This document shows, piece after piece, positions 26,701-35,671 of a stretch of 51,291 nt of DNA (positions are counted from its first letter, which is position 1; the number at the start of each line of letters is the position of its first letter). The translations under genes were made by a program, and so were the position numbers. Under the pieces are notes generated by a model. The model was not told where the DNA came from, ran no database searches, and saw only the letters and a list, made by a program, of their open reading frames with translations. The stretch comes from a virus: the IMG/VR virus record IMGVR_UViG_3300037424_000161, positions 1 through 51,291 of that record; one strand, 5' to 3'.

Positions 26701-29700
26701 CTACTCAGACATAGAAAATCCTATCGTTAGACTTAGGTTTAATGATCGCACTGATGCACAAGGTAATAAGGTCCTCTTCATCGAAGAGCTCCAACCACCT
26801 AACCCTGAGAATCAAGCTAAAATGCCTCCTGAGTTTGTCAAAAGGTGGCGTGAGATAGGAATGAAACGTGCTATTAAATATGCTATAGATGGAGGATATG
26901 ATAGAGTAGCGTGGACTACTGGGGAGATGCAAGCTAATCGCTACACACTGGAAAGACAGGTTAATAGAATAGATTGGGCTAGAAGAGAACCAGATGAAGG
27001 AATGAGGAAGGGGGCTGAAGGATATTATCTTATCAATGTTACTACAAAAGATGGTGGAGTGATTGATTACTATCCTAAACCAAATGAGCTTTCAGAATTA
27101 GTAGGTAAAGAGTTAGCTGAAAAAATCTTAAGTTCAGATAAGAAGCTCGGTATTATAGAAGGGGTTGATCTTAAGATTGGTGGTCAAGGGATTAAAAAGA
27201 TCTACGACCAAGACCTTCCCAATGTAGCTAGGAGATTAGGAGGGAAGGTTGAGGAGATAAAATTACATCTTGGAAAGGATATTGACGTATCTAAAATAGT
27301 TGAGTCTGATAATCTTTGGTATGTAGATCAGCATCCATTCCCATATCCTACTAGAGAGGCTGCTATTAGAGCCTTATCTGGAGACATTACTAGACCAAGT
27401 GAATCATCTGTCCCTTCCTTCTCCCTCTCTCCTTTCAAACAATCTCCTTACCAACCGACACTTTATAGTGGGATACCCGTAGACAAGATCAAGCAAACTA
27501 TCAAGGACATTTTCTCTCGGCCTAACATAGAAAAAGAAGACGTCCCCGACACTCTCTCAGGTGCCCTCGCTGCCGGTCGCCGTGGATTTAAGTACATGGA
27601 AGATGCTAGAAAGATGAAGGAGTTTAATGTACTTGAGGCGGCAAAGATCACACAAGAGACGTTTACGAGAGCGGCTATTGAAAGATCAGGGAATATTGCT
27701 AGAGACATTATAAATAAGTTAGGCAACAAAGGAATAGATGTACTTCAGTCCATGTATCTTTCTCGTGGAGGACATCCTCGAGCCACTAATATGCTCGAGC
27801 AGATGAGTAAAGAGGTTTACAATGGACTAAGTAGAAATGAACTGAAGATATTTGATACTGTCGATCTAGCTCGTAGAGTACTCTCTATTGCGAACTATAA
27901 GACCAAGAAACAGTTTAAGCCACCTAAGGATATGTCGGTAGAGACATCAGCTATTATTGATACACTTTATAGATATAAGTCTGTTAATGGACTGGAGAAC
28001 TTAACTGATGAACAGGTGGCAAAGATCGAGCGCTCTCATCAAGCCTATGTAGATTGGATGAAGAAGGCTCTCAGTGATATGTATAATGAGGGACAGTTAA
28101 TCACTGAAGAAGAGTACAATAACTTAGTCATTCATAACTATCGTAAGTTAGGAAAGGTCAATGAAGTTTACGATCGAAGCTATCGGGTTGAGATAGGTGG
28201 GAAGAAAAGAACTATTTACGATTCAGGAGTTGAGTCACTTCAGAGAGGTAAGGACACAGATATACTTGAGCCCAGCTCAAAGGTGATGGCACTTGAGGTG
28301 TTTAATAGAGCTTATGGTAGGATAATGCATAACAAAGCTAACCTTGAGTTGCTTAAGTTAGCTAGGGATGTTAAAGATAATCCCTTTGTAAGGTTCAAGG
28401 AGAGTAAGGAGGATAAGATTCCTCGGGGATTTCAAAGGTTCTTTGTGTATGAGAAGGGACAGCGTAAAGCTATCTATCTATCTCCTGACATGGCCAAGGA
28501 ATGGCTAACTAGTTCACCTGAGGTAAGTTTTAGATTCGCTAAGGTGATGAGATTCCTAAGTGGAACTCCAATAGTTCGTACCTTTGCAACTGGCATTGAG
28601 TGGGGATTTGCACTGGCTAATGTGCCTAGGGATGTAATGCATCTTTGGTATGCGGCTAGACAGTTCACAGATGGTAGGTGGGAAGGAGTGTATAATGCTA
28701 ACCTTCCAGTGTTTGCACTACAGCTAGGTAAAGATGTACAAGAGACGTTCAGTGATGCTGCATTGCGTAAGGGATTGTATGATGACTATATGAAGTACGG
28801 TGGAGGGATGGACCTGCTCACATTGCAATCTAGGTTGTTCGTGAGAGGTCGTCACCTTGATTCATCTGTGAGTAAGTACGAAGACTTCCTAGGTTACTTT
28901 GGAGTTACATCTGAGTTAGCTACACGTCTAGCTATAATGAACAGGGTTATTAAGAATAGAGCAGCTGAACGAGGGATTAGTTATGCTGAGGCTAGAAAGA
29001 ATCCTGATATATTGAAGGATGCTACATTCTCAGCTCGTGACTATATGGACTTTAGTCAGGGCGGGAGTATGATTAAGGCTATGGATAATGTTATTCCTTA
29101 TTTGAATGCCAGCATTGTAGGTACACGTAGCTTGATGAGAGCATTCAAACCTGGCAGTGGTACAGCCCTCACATCATCTTGGAAGTTAGCTCAGTTTGGA
29201 CTGCTAGTTGGAGGAGCTACAGCTTATTTCTACAAAGAAAATCCTGAGACAATGGAAGCACTTAAAGGTAACATAGCTGCACAGAATAACTTCGTTATTC
29301 CGCTCGGTGATGAGTATGGATTTGAGGATCAGGAAGGACAGATGAGATACCCTTTCCTCAAGATCCCTCTCGATCCTGGACAGAAGTTCTTCAAGACATT
29401 CTTTGAAGCAGCTACGATGAAATGGTTAGGGTATGATGTAGATATAGATCGTGTAACTGGATCACTTAAGCAAATGTCTCCAGTGTCAGGTACTGAGTTA
29501 CCTCCAGTTCAGGCAGCTATACTTGGTTATGTTACTAATAAGGATTTCTGGACTAACGAAGACATATGGAAGAAGACACCTAAGCCACTTCCATATCCGA
29601 TGAGTGCTGAGGAATTTATCCCTGGGCAGACAGGTGAAGTTTACACAGCGATAGGTGAGAAGACTGGGCTGTCGCCTGAACGGATTAAGTATGCTGCTGA

Positions 29701-30271
29701 GGAATTAGTTACATCAGGAAGTATGTGGTCTTACCTTGGAGGTAAGGCTTACTCATCAGTGTTTGGTGATCTACCGAAGGAAGAGAAGGAACAGCATCTT
29801 GCGATGACACTATCGAAGATCCCTGCAATTAATAGATTCTTCGGTGTTACTAATCCTTACTCAAAATATGCAGCTAGCATAACTGAAGCTGAGGCCGAGA
29901 GTGCTACAAAAAGGTGGATTGAGACAAGGGAATTAGATGCTAGAATCAATGGATACCTTTATAAAGGTAATGTGAAGAAGAGTGAGATCTTTGATTATAT
30001 CAGAGCGCAGAAAGATCCTAACACACAAGAGAGATTGTTCGAGCGCTATGTATTAGCAGAAGGTGTGAAGAACTTACCTAATCGTAGCTTCTGGATGAGG
30101 TTGCAGAATCTAACAACTGAGGCTAGAGCTAAGGTATTTGTAGACAGAATGAATAAATCATCTGAAGCTGAGAAGGTTCAGCTGAACAAGGAAGCTGGAC
30201 AAGCAGCTGCAATAGGTGGAATACTGTCAGATGATTTCTGGGTTGAAGTAGCTAAGTTGAGGCGGAAGTAG
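23696..30271 (+). CDS. Giant (~2191 aa) internal/ejection-type polyvalent protein
   Basis: ORF open from 23627; ATG 23696 overlaps the upstream stop by 14 nt. Features: duplicated LILPFE motif, Gly-rich hydrophobic segments, an A/K/E low-complexity stretch, and a conserved-looking block NPIVRLRFNDRTDAQGNKVLFIEELQ. Confidence 0.7.
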   Translation: MPLSDQDTLILPFEQGGKAKEKGQASSSLILPFERSEPTPIVPSQPSVRPNLPYGQATSISAGKPYEPSLAQNVVGGIAKLLGVPYDPALGLDPERAKADALVQRKANEKGVPLYQYRNSPEMLEQFVGEFGNMMTLGAAPTLRKAILGTEEVKPSGSAGIIGAQLGSLAGLITGPGKWAGMALGGAIRFLPGATQEMQLSHRIIVEALRDSATLGTAMGASALGDAASQVTFSDAAGVIWDRMKSGAMTGALFGVAKGMFPKEGWEKGARLLSGLVMLNVQRKIEGGWEKNPFADRPVGEVLFDIGLDAFFLWKGLPKNQFDSLVKDVSDNVDRVVATNQKIEGLKDVPEGELKKAKEKKLAIEQKQNQLEVEQAAKKAAAAAEAAEKAKVKAEEAAKAKVKKAPETEEERKVRMAKVRAAGKVKVPTEEAKPIEPVVTPVEQPKPELLQTEIPKVMEQAEVPAAEPPVKKLTKPQQARVDKVKLLSAEGKDPGQIAFKMNMKEAEVRSILGMEPPKLILPGEKVEPVKPSEKIDYLSEGPKAKVEPKVRSKIEQTPPTPSEPSTGLVVTPSDMKALEAKFGPNWDELSDKEIGDFLATKPTEVKPAVEVPLVEERSDIEKYYNKDIEKITQSEFDKYFDLMEAGEVGVKTEPITNVDLQTGTPEPAELVGDDSIYSADKAATDARTKLYQNNKAVANNISELLSRNPVLPKDPGATAWKLFNDVNRWLHGEEVDIAGTRGFLSELAARADEFKDQFIGEDYPQSFYDWKEMISDGANWARKVDRTKIERTGQTLYSGVDPFKLYEGLQNWFSQLRKDAERKLPNKATGEQISNTLRKGVTQDEWNRSGLSKLLVAGQKYTKEEVIGTIDKNLPVLKDVVLDKEANINEVEHFRAKAREIKEVLDQDPTNVELRQQWKDAIGRIDVALIERDRMGPKFSSYVEPGGSNYKELFVTAPLDRSRYIEFEKAHPQPEYYSSELYYDNLKNSWIKDNTWQDGHPDYSDIENPIVRLRFNDRTDAQGNKVLFIEELQPPNPENQAKMPPEFVKRWREIGMKRAIKYAIDGGYDRVAWTTGEMQANRYTLERQVNRIDWARREPDEGMRKGAEGYYLINVTTKDGGVIDYYPKPNELSELVGKELAEKILSSDKKLGIIEGVDLKIGGQGIKKIYDQDLPNVARRLGGKVEEIKLHLGKDIDVSKIVESDNLWYVDQHPFPYPTREAAIRALSGDITRPSESSVPSFSLSPFKQSPYQPTLYSGIPVDKIKQTIKDIFSRPNIEKEDVPDTLSGALAAGRRGFKYMEDARKMKEFNVLEAAKITQETFTRAAIERSGNIARDIINKLGNKGIDVLQSMYLSRGGHPRATNMLEQMSKEVYNGLSRNELKIFDTVDLARRVLSIANYKTKKQFKPPKDMSVETSAIIDTLYRYKSVNGLENLTDEQVAKIERSHQAYVDWMKKALSDMYNEGQLITEEEYNNLVIHNYRKLGKVNEVYDRSYRVEIGGKKRTIYDSGVESLQRGKDTDILEPSSKVMALEVFNRAYGRIMHNKANLELLKLARDVKDNPFVRFKESKEDKIPRGFQRFFVYEKGQRKAIYLSPDMAKEWLTSSPEVSFRFAKVMRFLSGTPIVRTFATGIEWGFALANVPRDVMHLWYAARQFTDGRWEGVYNANLPVFALQLGKDVQETFSDAALRKGLYDDYMKYGGGMDLLTLQSRLFVRGRHLDSSVSKYEDFLGYFGVTSELATRLAIMNRVIKNRAAERGISYAEARKNPDILKDATFSARDYMDFSQGGSMIKAMDNVIPYLNASIVGTRSLMRAFKPGSGTALTSSWKLAQFGLLVGGATAYFYKENPETMEALKGNIAAQNNFVIPLGDEYGFEDQEGQMRYPFLKIPLDPGQKFFKTFFEAATMKWLGYDVDIDRVTGSLKQMSPVSGTELPPVQAAILGYVTNKDFWTNEDIWKKTPKPLPYPMSAEEFIPGQTGEVYTAIGEKTGLSPERIKYAAEELVTSGSMWSYLGGKAYSSVFGDLPKEEKEQHLAMTLSKIPAINRFFGVTNPYSKYAASITEAEAESATKRWIETRELDARINGYLYKGNVKKSEIFDYIRAQKDPNTQERLFERYVLAEGVKNLPNRSFWMRLQNLTTEARAKVFVDRMNKSSEAEKVQLNKEAGQAAAIGGILSDDFWVEVAKLRRK
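25342..25366. repeat. 25-bp palindromic motif, copy 9 (intragenic)
   Basis: agttcgttcaaaaatcgaacaaact inside the giant CDS, encoding VRSKIEQT. Confidence 0.8.
26047..26071. repeat. 25-bp palindromic motif, copy 10 (intragenic)
   Basis: agatcgtacaaaaattgaacgaact inside the giant CDS, in the same codon phase as copy 9, encoding DRTKIERT. Confidence 0.8.
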
Positions 30272-31493
30272 TTTGTTCATTTTTTAAATGATCTTCTTTC
30301 GTGCTCAGAATGTGAATCATAGTTTCAGCCCCAGGCCTTCGTATAAGTACTACGTGTTTAGCTACCTCCAGTGTAGTTAGCACTCGATCAATAGTTATTT
30401 TATCCACGTCACCCTCAAACCTTCTCGCAAACTGACTCATCGACACATCAGGTGTTAGTGAGCTCTGAAAGAACATAATAGCATCGTTGATGATAGAGGA
30501 GATATCAGACTTACCGATACCTCTGAAGACAGTACCCATCTTAATCTCTACCTCATTCAATATAGTAGATGCACGATCAAAGTCGTCACTAGTTATAACA
30601 AGTTCATTACTACGACTAGCAGCACAGACCATAGCAAGTGAATTAAGATGGTTACGACGGCGTCCATTGTAGCCGTCAAACTTCTTATCATGAAAAGGTG
30701 GATTCTTAGCCGCACTGTAACACCAGTCTGTGTAATAATTAGCAGCGTCACCTGTATAGTGATAGCATCCACTAATGAGTGCTATCTGTTCTAGATCATG
30801 TATTAGGTATTGCTGTAGCTCTATTTCCTTCTGTGTAGAGCTAGGAAATATGACGAGTTTCTCACGGCGCTCCTCATTAACAAAGATAATACGACTAGTG
30901 AGCCCACCACCAATAGCTTCCATAGGTAGGGAGGACTGTATGTTATCAGGAGTAGTACCAGCAAGGATATTAACCCAGACACCAACGATTTCTTCCTTAT
31001 CCCGCTTGATTGTGTCATAGGACCACCTCTCATGACAGTCGTACCAGTCACATAGGGCACTGATTAACTCTCGATTATGATAGCCGAGGAATACAGTAAA
31101 TTCATTACTGAAGATTGTTTGAGAGGAATGATAGAGTTGCTTTCCAGTCTCCATGTCTATGTCGGTTAGATTAGTATCTTTCATCCTACGAATGAGTGCT
31201 TGAAGGGATGTGGCCTGAGCACTTAACCTAACTGCCGGCACCTGAGTAATTATATCTGAAGCATACTTCATAGCTGTGCCCTTACCGGTAGCTGAAGGAC
31301 CAACTAAGACAACGTAAAAGTTAGGATAGAAAACTAAGGATATACCAAGTTCTACACGTACCTTTCGTTGAAGTGCAGCAGCAATAGTTGAGATGGCTGA
31401 CCACTTACGAAATAATGTAGGAGGTTCAGAGTTCTCGGTAAGCAGCATGAAACCAGCGATCCAATCTGGTAGGTGACGTTCTTTAGATGGCAT
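30252..31493 (-). CDS. P-loop NTPase, DUF3987/primase-associated helicase-like
   Basis: 413 aa. Walker A VLVGPSATGKGT is preceded by a region resembling DUF3987-type replicative helicases. Last gene of the leftward arm. Confidence 0.5.
   Translation of the reverse strand: MPSKERHLPDWIAGFMLLTENSEPPTLFRKWSAISTIAAALQRKVRVELGISLVFYPNFYVVLVGPSATGKGTAMKYASDIITQVPAVRLSAQATSLQALIRRMKDTNLTDIDMETGKQLYHSSQTIFSNEFTVFLGYHNRELISALCDWYDCHERWSYDTIKRDKEEIVGVWVNILAGTTPDNIQSSLPMEAIGGGLTSRIIFVNEERREKLVIFPSSTQKEIELQQYLIHDLEQIALISGCYHYTGDAANYYTDWCYSAAKNPPFHDKKFDGYNGRRRNHLNSLAMVCAASRSNELVITSDDFDRASTILNEVEIKMGTVFRGIGKSDISSIINDAIMFFQSSLTPDVSMSQFARRFEGDVDKITIDRVLTTLEVAKHVVLIRRPGAETMIHILSTKEDHLKNEQTTSAST
30270..30294. 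repeat. 25-bp palindromic motif, copy 11 (degenerate) at the convergence point
   Basis: agtttgttcattttttaaatgatct; overlaps the giant-gene stop (30269-30271) and the 3' end of minus-strand CDS 30252..31493. Confidence 0.6.
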
Positions 31494-31513
31494 GAGGAGA
31501 AGTCCATAATGAG

Positions 31514-31816
31514 CTACTGTTCTTTAACAAAGATACCGTTGACCATCTTACCACGACGGTCCTTTATTTGGATGTAAGCATAGAGATAGCACTGAGTTAG
31601 AGTAACTCCATTAAATCCAGCTATCATAGTAAGAACAACTATCATATCACCGATGCTATCTATAGTACCTTCTAAATCACTATCAGTTAGTGCATCACCA
31701 AGCTCAACAAACTCTTCTTTTAGTTTTGTAAGTTGTCCAAGATCAGAAGATTGTTCAAAAATTGCACGATCTTCAGCCCACGATAGGACTTTCTTCTCTA
31801 TCTCTTCGAAGTTCAT
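31514..31816 (-). CDS. mazG: MazG-like nucleotide pyrophosphohydrolase
   Basis: 100 aa. Contains KLKEEFVELGDAL and SIGDMIVVL helices typical of small phage MazG-like proteins. Overlaps the polymerase 3' end by 44 nt. Confidence 0.55.
   Translation of the reverse strand: MNFEEIEKKVLSWAEDRAIFEQSSDLGQLTKLKEEFVELGDALTDSDLEGTIDSIGDMIVVLTMIAGFNGVTLTQCYLYAYIQIKDRRGKMVNGIFVKEQ
31748..31772. repeat. 25-bp palindromic motif, copy 12
   Basis: agattgttcaaaaattgcacgatct; directly abuts the polymerase stop (31773-31775) and lies inside the mazG N-terminal coding region. Confidence 0.7.
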
Positions 31817-34307
31817 TGTAGATCTCCTGTAATTTCTCGGCTAATAGATTAACATTACCTGGAATATACTTACTCTTTAGTTCTTTCATTAACTCCTTAC
31901 ACATACAAAAACCTATTGATAGATCAACTGGTGTCTTAATCTCAACCCCATGCCATTCTAATGGAGTTTCAAGCGAGCACTTAATTAACAGTAACATCTT
32001 AGCATGTTCTTCCCATGGTACAGTGAGTGGTATCTGAAACACAATTGAGTCATGGATCTGAGTGAGGAGTTCAAGTGGTCTGAATAACTGTTGATTGTAA
32101 TAGATGTATTCAATTCCTTGTTCGTTTACTTTGTCGGCACAAGTACTTTGAGGTAGCTGAGCATAACCTTCACGATAGGTATCTTGACAGGCATTAAGTG
32201 GTACAGTGTGAGATGGATAGACTGGACCAAGGAATAGTCGAGAGCGACCGAATAGATTGATCACAGTCCTATCACGCTTAAGCATTTCCTGAATCACTAC
32301 GTGATAGCCACATCTGATCTGTGGGTAGCCTCGATGAATCTTCTCGAGAATGTACTTCGACTCGGCCTCTGGCATTTCATTCTTGAGTGCAAATGTCTTA
32401 TATCCGACGTCGTAGTTGACAGCGTGATTGCCTTTCTTACCCCAATAGCGTTCACTGTGACGACCATCTCCAATGTCACTCGATCCATCTTTATCAGATA
32501 CTTGATTATAAGGTTTATCCAGTATGATGCCAGCAGTCATTCTATGGAGGTCGATGTCTTGTTCGAAGGCTTCAATCTGACTGATAACTCCTCCAACATA
32601 AGCGACAAGTCTGTTCTCAATTTGGCTAAGGTCAAAGCTGTATCCGATATATCCTTCATCGAAGAGGAAGAAGCGAAGAAGATCATGTGGCCAGTTTTGC
32701 TGGTTACCTCCAGTGCCAAAGATAGTCTCGCCCGACGACAGCCTCCCAGTTTCAGCGCCAACTGGTTTATATGAGCTTCTATATCGTCCATCTGGGTCCA
32801 CCTTTCCTATATTGAGATAAGTTGATTTACGTTTTTCAAGACTACGAATATCTAGCATGATGCGAGCGACTGAGGAACCTGGACCGTTGCGACGATAGAT
32901 ACGCTTGAGTGCATCAACGTCACTTGTATCAACAAACTGGCCATGAGCATTCTTTTTCTTATAAGGTTTAAGACCAGTCCTCTTATAGAAATAGTTCATC
33001 AATTGCTGAGGTGAGTTATGATTAATATCGTAGCCGACCTCACTACGTAACTCACTGATGAGTTCAGCTAGCTTAACCTCTTGCTCATCCCTATAAGTCA
33101 CCATCCCTTGTACATCTATCTTTATGCCTCTCTCGCTCATGTAAATGAGAGGTTCGATTAACTTACGCTGTCGCTCATATGTTTCAAAGTTATGTTGTTT
33201 GTGAAGTACTTGAATTTGTTTAGGGATAGCCTCAACTGGAACTATCGAGTCCATTCCGCTGTAGTTCCACCAACTCTCCCATGAACCTCCTTGCATCTTC
33301 ATCCATTGCTTGCCGTCTTGCTTATAATAAGGAATGTCAGTATACATTGTAGTAACAAAATCCAGTCCAGCAGGGAAATCTGGGTAAGCAATCTTCTGTG
33401 CGATCTGAGTGCAGTGTAGATTACCCCGAGGACGTATACCGTATTTATGGAACAGAAACTGAAGGTCAAAAATAAAATTAGCTCCACTTTTAGATATCCT
33501 TTCCTCTTGGATTATCTTGGATATGAGAAGCATTATTTCTAGTTCTTGATCTGGACTAAAGTAATCTCCGTGACTACTTCTGAACGGGATACTGACAGAC
33601 TCAGTTGAGGACCAACCAAAGGAGATGCAGTCCACTTCGCCATTAATAACCTCAATGTCGAGAGAAATAGTTTGGCCTCTGAGACCGACTTCATAACAAT
33701 GGTGTAGGATGTCGACTGACTCATTATAACTTGGGCAAATAGTGATATTGCGTCCTGTTCTATGGATTTCTTTATACTCACTTTCATGTTTAGCCCTCAT
33801 TAGATCTTCACAGATCAAAGGTTTGTTGAGAAAGTTAAACTTAGGTGGGATGAAGGTAGCTGGGTGAAAGGTGGGTAAGACTTTCAGTCCTGGTACAAGG
33901 GTTGATTCGAGGACTGAGCCGCGCCACTTTGTGATTCCGACTCGATTAGTTAGAGCGATTAGTGATATGTTGCCGAGTGCTACAATACAATTAAGGTGAA
34001 GTTTTCGTAACTCTTCACCTAGTTCTTGGATGTACTGGTAGCCCTCAGGACTGATCGTCCACTTGCCTCGAGCGTCTAGGTCAATATAGTGACCAAGTGG
34101 GGCATCGAGATCTTTGATCACGTTGGTTAGGTAGAGATCTCTCCTCAGTATCTTTGTCATTGTCAAGCACTCGTCCAATCCTTGGCCTGCTGGACCGACG
34201 AAAGGACGAGGCGGATTAGCGCGAATCTCCTGCTGTCCCGGTTGCTCACCACACACAGCGAGGACTGCATCTGTGTTACCTGAGGGATGGACGTAAGTGC
34301 GTCTCAT
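31773..34307 (-). CDS. Family A DNA polymerase with N-terminal family-4 UDG-like domain and 3'-5' exonuclease
   Basis: 844 aa. UDG motifs GEQPGQQE, FVGPAGQ and FHPA. Exo motifs SLDIEV and NFIFDLQFL. Pol motifs FDLSQIENR (A), KKGNHAVNYDVGY (B, Tyr at the discriminator position) and QIHDSIV (C). Confidence 0.85.
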   Translation of the reverse strand: MRRTYVHPSGNTDAVLAVCGEQPGQQEIRANPPRPFVGPAGQGLDECLTMTKILRRDLYLTNVIKDLDAPLGHYIDLDARGKWTISPEGYQYIQELGEELRKLHLNCIVALGNISLIALTNRVGITKWRGSVLESTLVPGLKVLPTFHPATFIPPKFNFLNKPLICEDLMRAKHESEYKEIHRTGRNITICPSYNESVDILHHCYEVGLRGQTISLDIEVINGEVDCISFGWSSTESVSIPFRSSHGDYFSPDQELEIMLLISKIIQEERISKSGANFIFDLQFLFHKYGIRPRGNLHCTQIAQKIAYPDFPAGLDFVTTMYTDIPYYKQDGKQWMKMQGGSWESWWNYSGMDSIVPVEAIPKQIQVLHKQHNFETYERQRKLIEPLIYMSERGIKIDVQGMVTYRDEQEVKLAELISELRSEVGYDINHNSPQQLMNYFYKRTGLKPYKKKNAHGQFVDTSDVDALKRIYRRNGPGSSVARIMLDIRSLEKRKSTYLNIGKVDPDGRYRSSYKPVGAETGRLSSGETIFGTGGNQQNWPHDLLRFFLFDEGYIGYSFDLSQIENRLVAYVGGVISQIEAFEQDIDLHRMTAGIILDKPYNQVSDKDGSSDIGDGRHSERYWGKKGNHAVNYDVGYKTFALKNEMPEAESKYILEKIHRGYPQIRCGYHVVIQEMLKRDRTVINLFGRSRLFLGPVYPSHTVPLNACQDTYREGYAQLPQSTCADKVNEQGIEYIYYNQQLFRPLELLTQIHDSIVFQIPLTVPWEEHAKMLLLIKCSLETPLEWHGVEIKTPVDLSIGFCMCKELMKELKSKYIPGNVNLLAEKLQEIYNELRRDREESPIVG

Positions 34308-34315
34308 ATGTCTCC

Positions 34316-34340
34316 AGTTCGTATAAAATTTGAACGAACT
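34316..34340. repeat. 25-bp palindromic motif, copy 13
   Basis: agttcgtataaaatttgaacgaact. On the minus strand it is followed by GGAGACAT-ATG of the polymerase (34307). Confidence 0.9.
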
Positions 34341-35671
34341 TATGCACCAGCCTGCTTCATCAAATGAGCTTTAACCAGGAAACTATCCTTATAACCTTTG
34401 CTAAGCTCAAAACCCACAGCTGACATGCCAAGAGAATGAGCTGCAAGAAGACCATTACCGCTACCGAGAAATGGAATAAGTACTCGAGAACCCTGAAAGG
34501 CAAAGGTATCATAAAGCTCCTTCATCAACTCAATAGGTCGTTCGGTAGGGTGAGTCTTACTTTGTGCTGGCACAGGACTAAAATGAAAGTCATTTCCATG
34601 ACCTGCTTTATTGAGGGCTGGCTGACCCTTCCACGCATAGAAGAACATTTCATAGGAGTTAGCGAGTCGTGTAGAGGGATTCATGTTCTGACCTGGAGTC
34701 CCTTTAGTCCAAATACCTACCATACGAGTAGTTTCAAAGCCAGCGCTTTCAATCCAGTTAAATATATGCTCAAACCATGGCTGAGGAGCAAACCAACAGA
34801 TTAACCAGGAGTGAGCTGCCATTACACGGTAGCATTCCTTAAAAGTACGAAGCATTAGGTCAGGGTAGGAGTCCTTACTCATCTCATTGTAGTTGTCAAG
34901 AATGTACTGGGACTCACCATCTTTCTTTTTCTGGTCTGTTAAGTTGATTGCATAAGGTGGATCTATCTCTACAAGGTGCATAAAGTTGTCAGGGATCTCC
35001 TTAACCCCCTCGAAGAAGTCCTTTATAATGAAGCGCTTGGCTAGATCATGTAAGTCTGTATTAACAGATTCAGCCTCAAGCTTCTGTGCAATAACTTGCT
35101 TAACCATTGCTTCGTCGACTTTCTTGAGAACCTTAGATGCGTCAGAGGCCGTCTTACAGTTTTCGAATAGCTCTGGGAATGCTTCACGAGCCTGAGCGCG
35201 TTTGACAGCTTCAGTTACAGTAGCAGGTGACGCAGCTCCGATCATATCAGCTGTGTCACGAGTACCCCAACCAGTCTGACCAGGACCAGGTGCTTTGACG
35301 CCGTGTAGTTCTTGTTGCATCTGATGAATTTCGAGAGTGAGTCTATCAAACTCCCAGTACTCCATATCTTTACGATAGAAGTTTTCTGACTTCTCTATAA
35401 TCTTCATCTCGAGGTCGGAAAGATCTTCTTCGTAGATACGTACTGGTATAAGATCCACAGAGTTACGACTAAGCACAGTAAACCTACGCTCACCAGCAAG
35501 AAGTATATAGGTGCCATCTTTGTTATCCTTTACAGCGAGTGGTTGGATGAGACCGGATTCCTTCATATTAGCTTCAAGGCCATCTAGGTCACCCATCTCT
35601 TTACGCACTCGCTCATTTATAATGACTGAACCAGTAGCAATCATTCCAACTTTACCTACAGCTATTGTCAT
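34340..35671 (-). CDS. ParB-like nuclease domain fused to DNA (N6-adenine/N4-cytosine) methyltransferase
   Basis: 443 aa. ParB box LLAGERRF in the N-terminal third. DPPY (VEIDPPYA), then HPTERP and FLGSGNG, which is the beta-class motif order. Confidence 0.7.
   Translation of the reverse strand: MTIAVGKVGMIATGSVIINERVRKEMGDLDGLEANMKESGLIQPLAVKDNKDGTYILLAGERRFTVLSRNSVDLIPVRIYEEDLSDLEMKIIEKSENFYRKDMEYWEFDRLTLEIHQMQQELHGVKAPGPGQTGWGTRDTADMIGAASPATVTEAVKRAQAREAFPELFENCKTASDASKVLKKVDEAMVKQVIAQKLEAESVNTDLHDLAKRFIIKDFFEGVKEIPDNFMHLVEIDPPYAINLTDQKKKDGESQYILDNYNEMSKDSYPDLMLRTFKECYRVMAAHSWLICWFAPQPWFEHIFNWIESAGFETTRMVGIWTKGTPGQNMNPSTRLANSYEMFFYAWKGQPALNKAGHGNDFHFSPVPAQSKTHPTERPIELMKELYDTFAFQGSRVLIPFLGSGNGLLAAHSLGMSAVGFELSKGYKDSFLVKAHLMKQAGA

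Noticed and set aside
23696-30271. Giant protein as tape-measure protein or N4-like virion RNA polymerase
   Set aside because: No tail tube, sheath or chaperone genes support a long-tailed morphology. I also could not find polymerase catalytic motifs by eye. It is kept as an open question in the findings rather than called.
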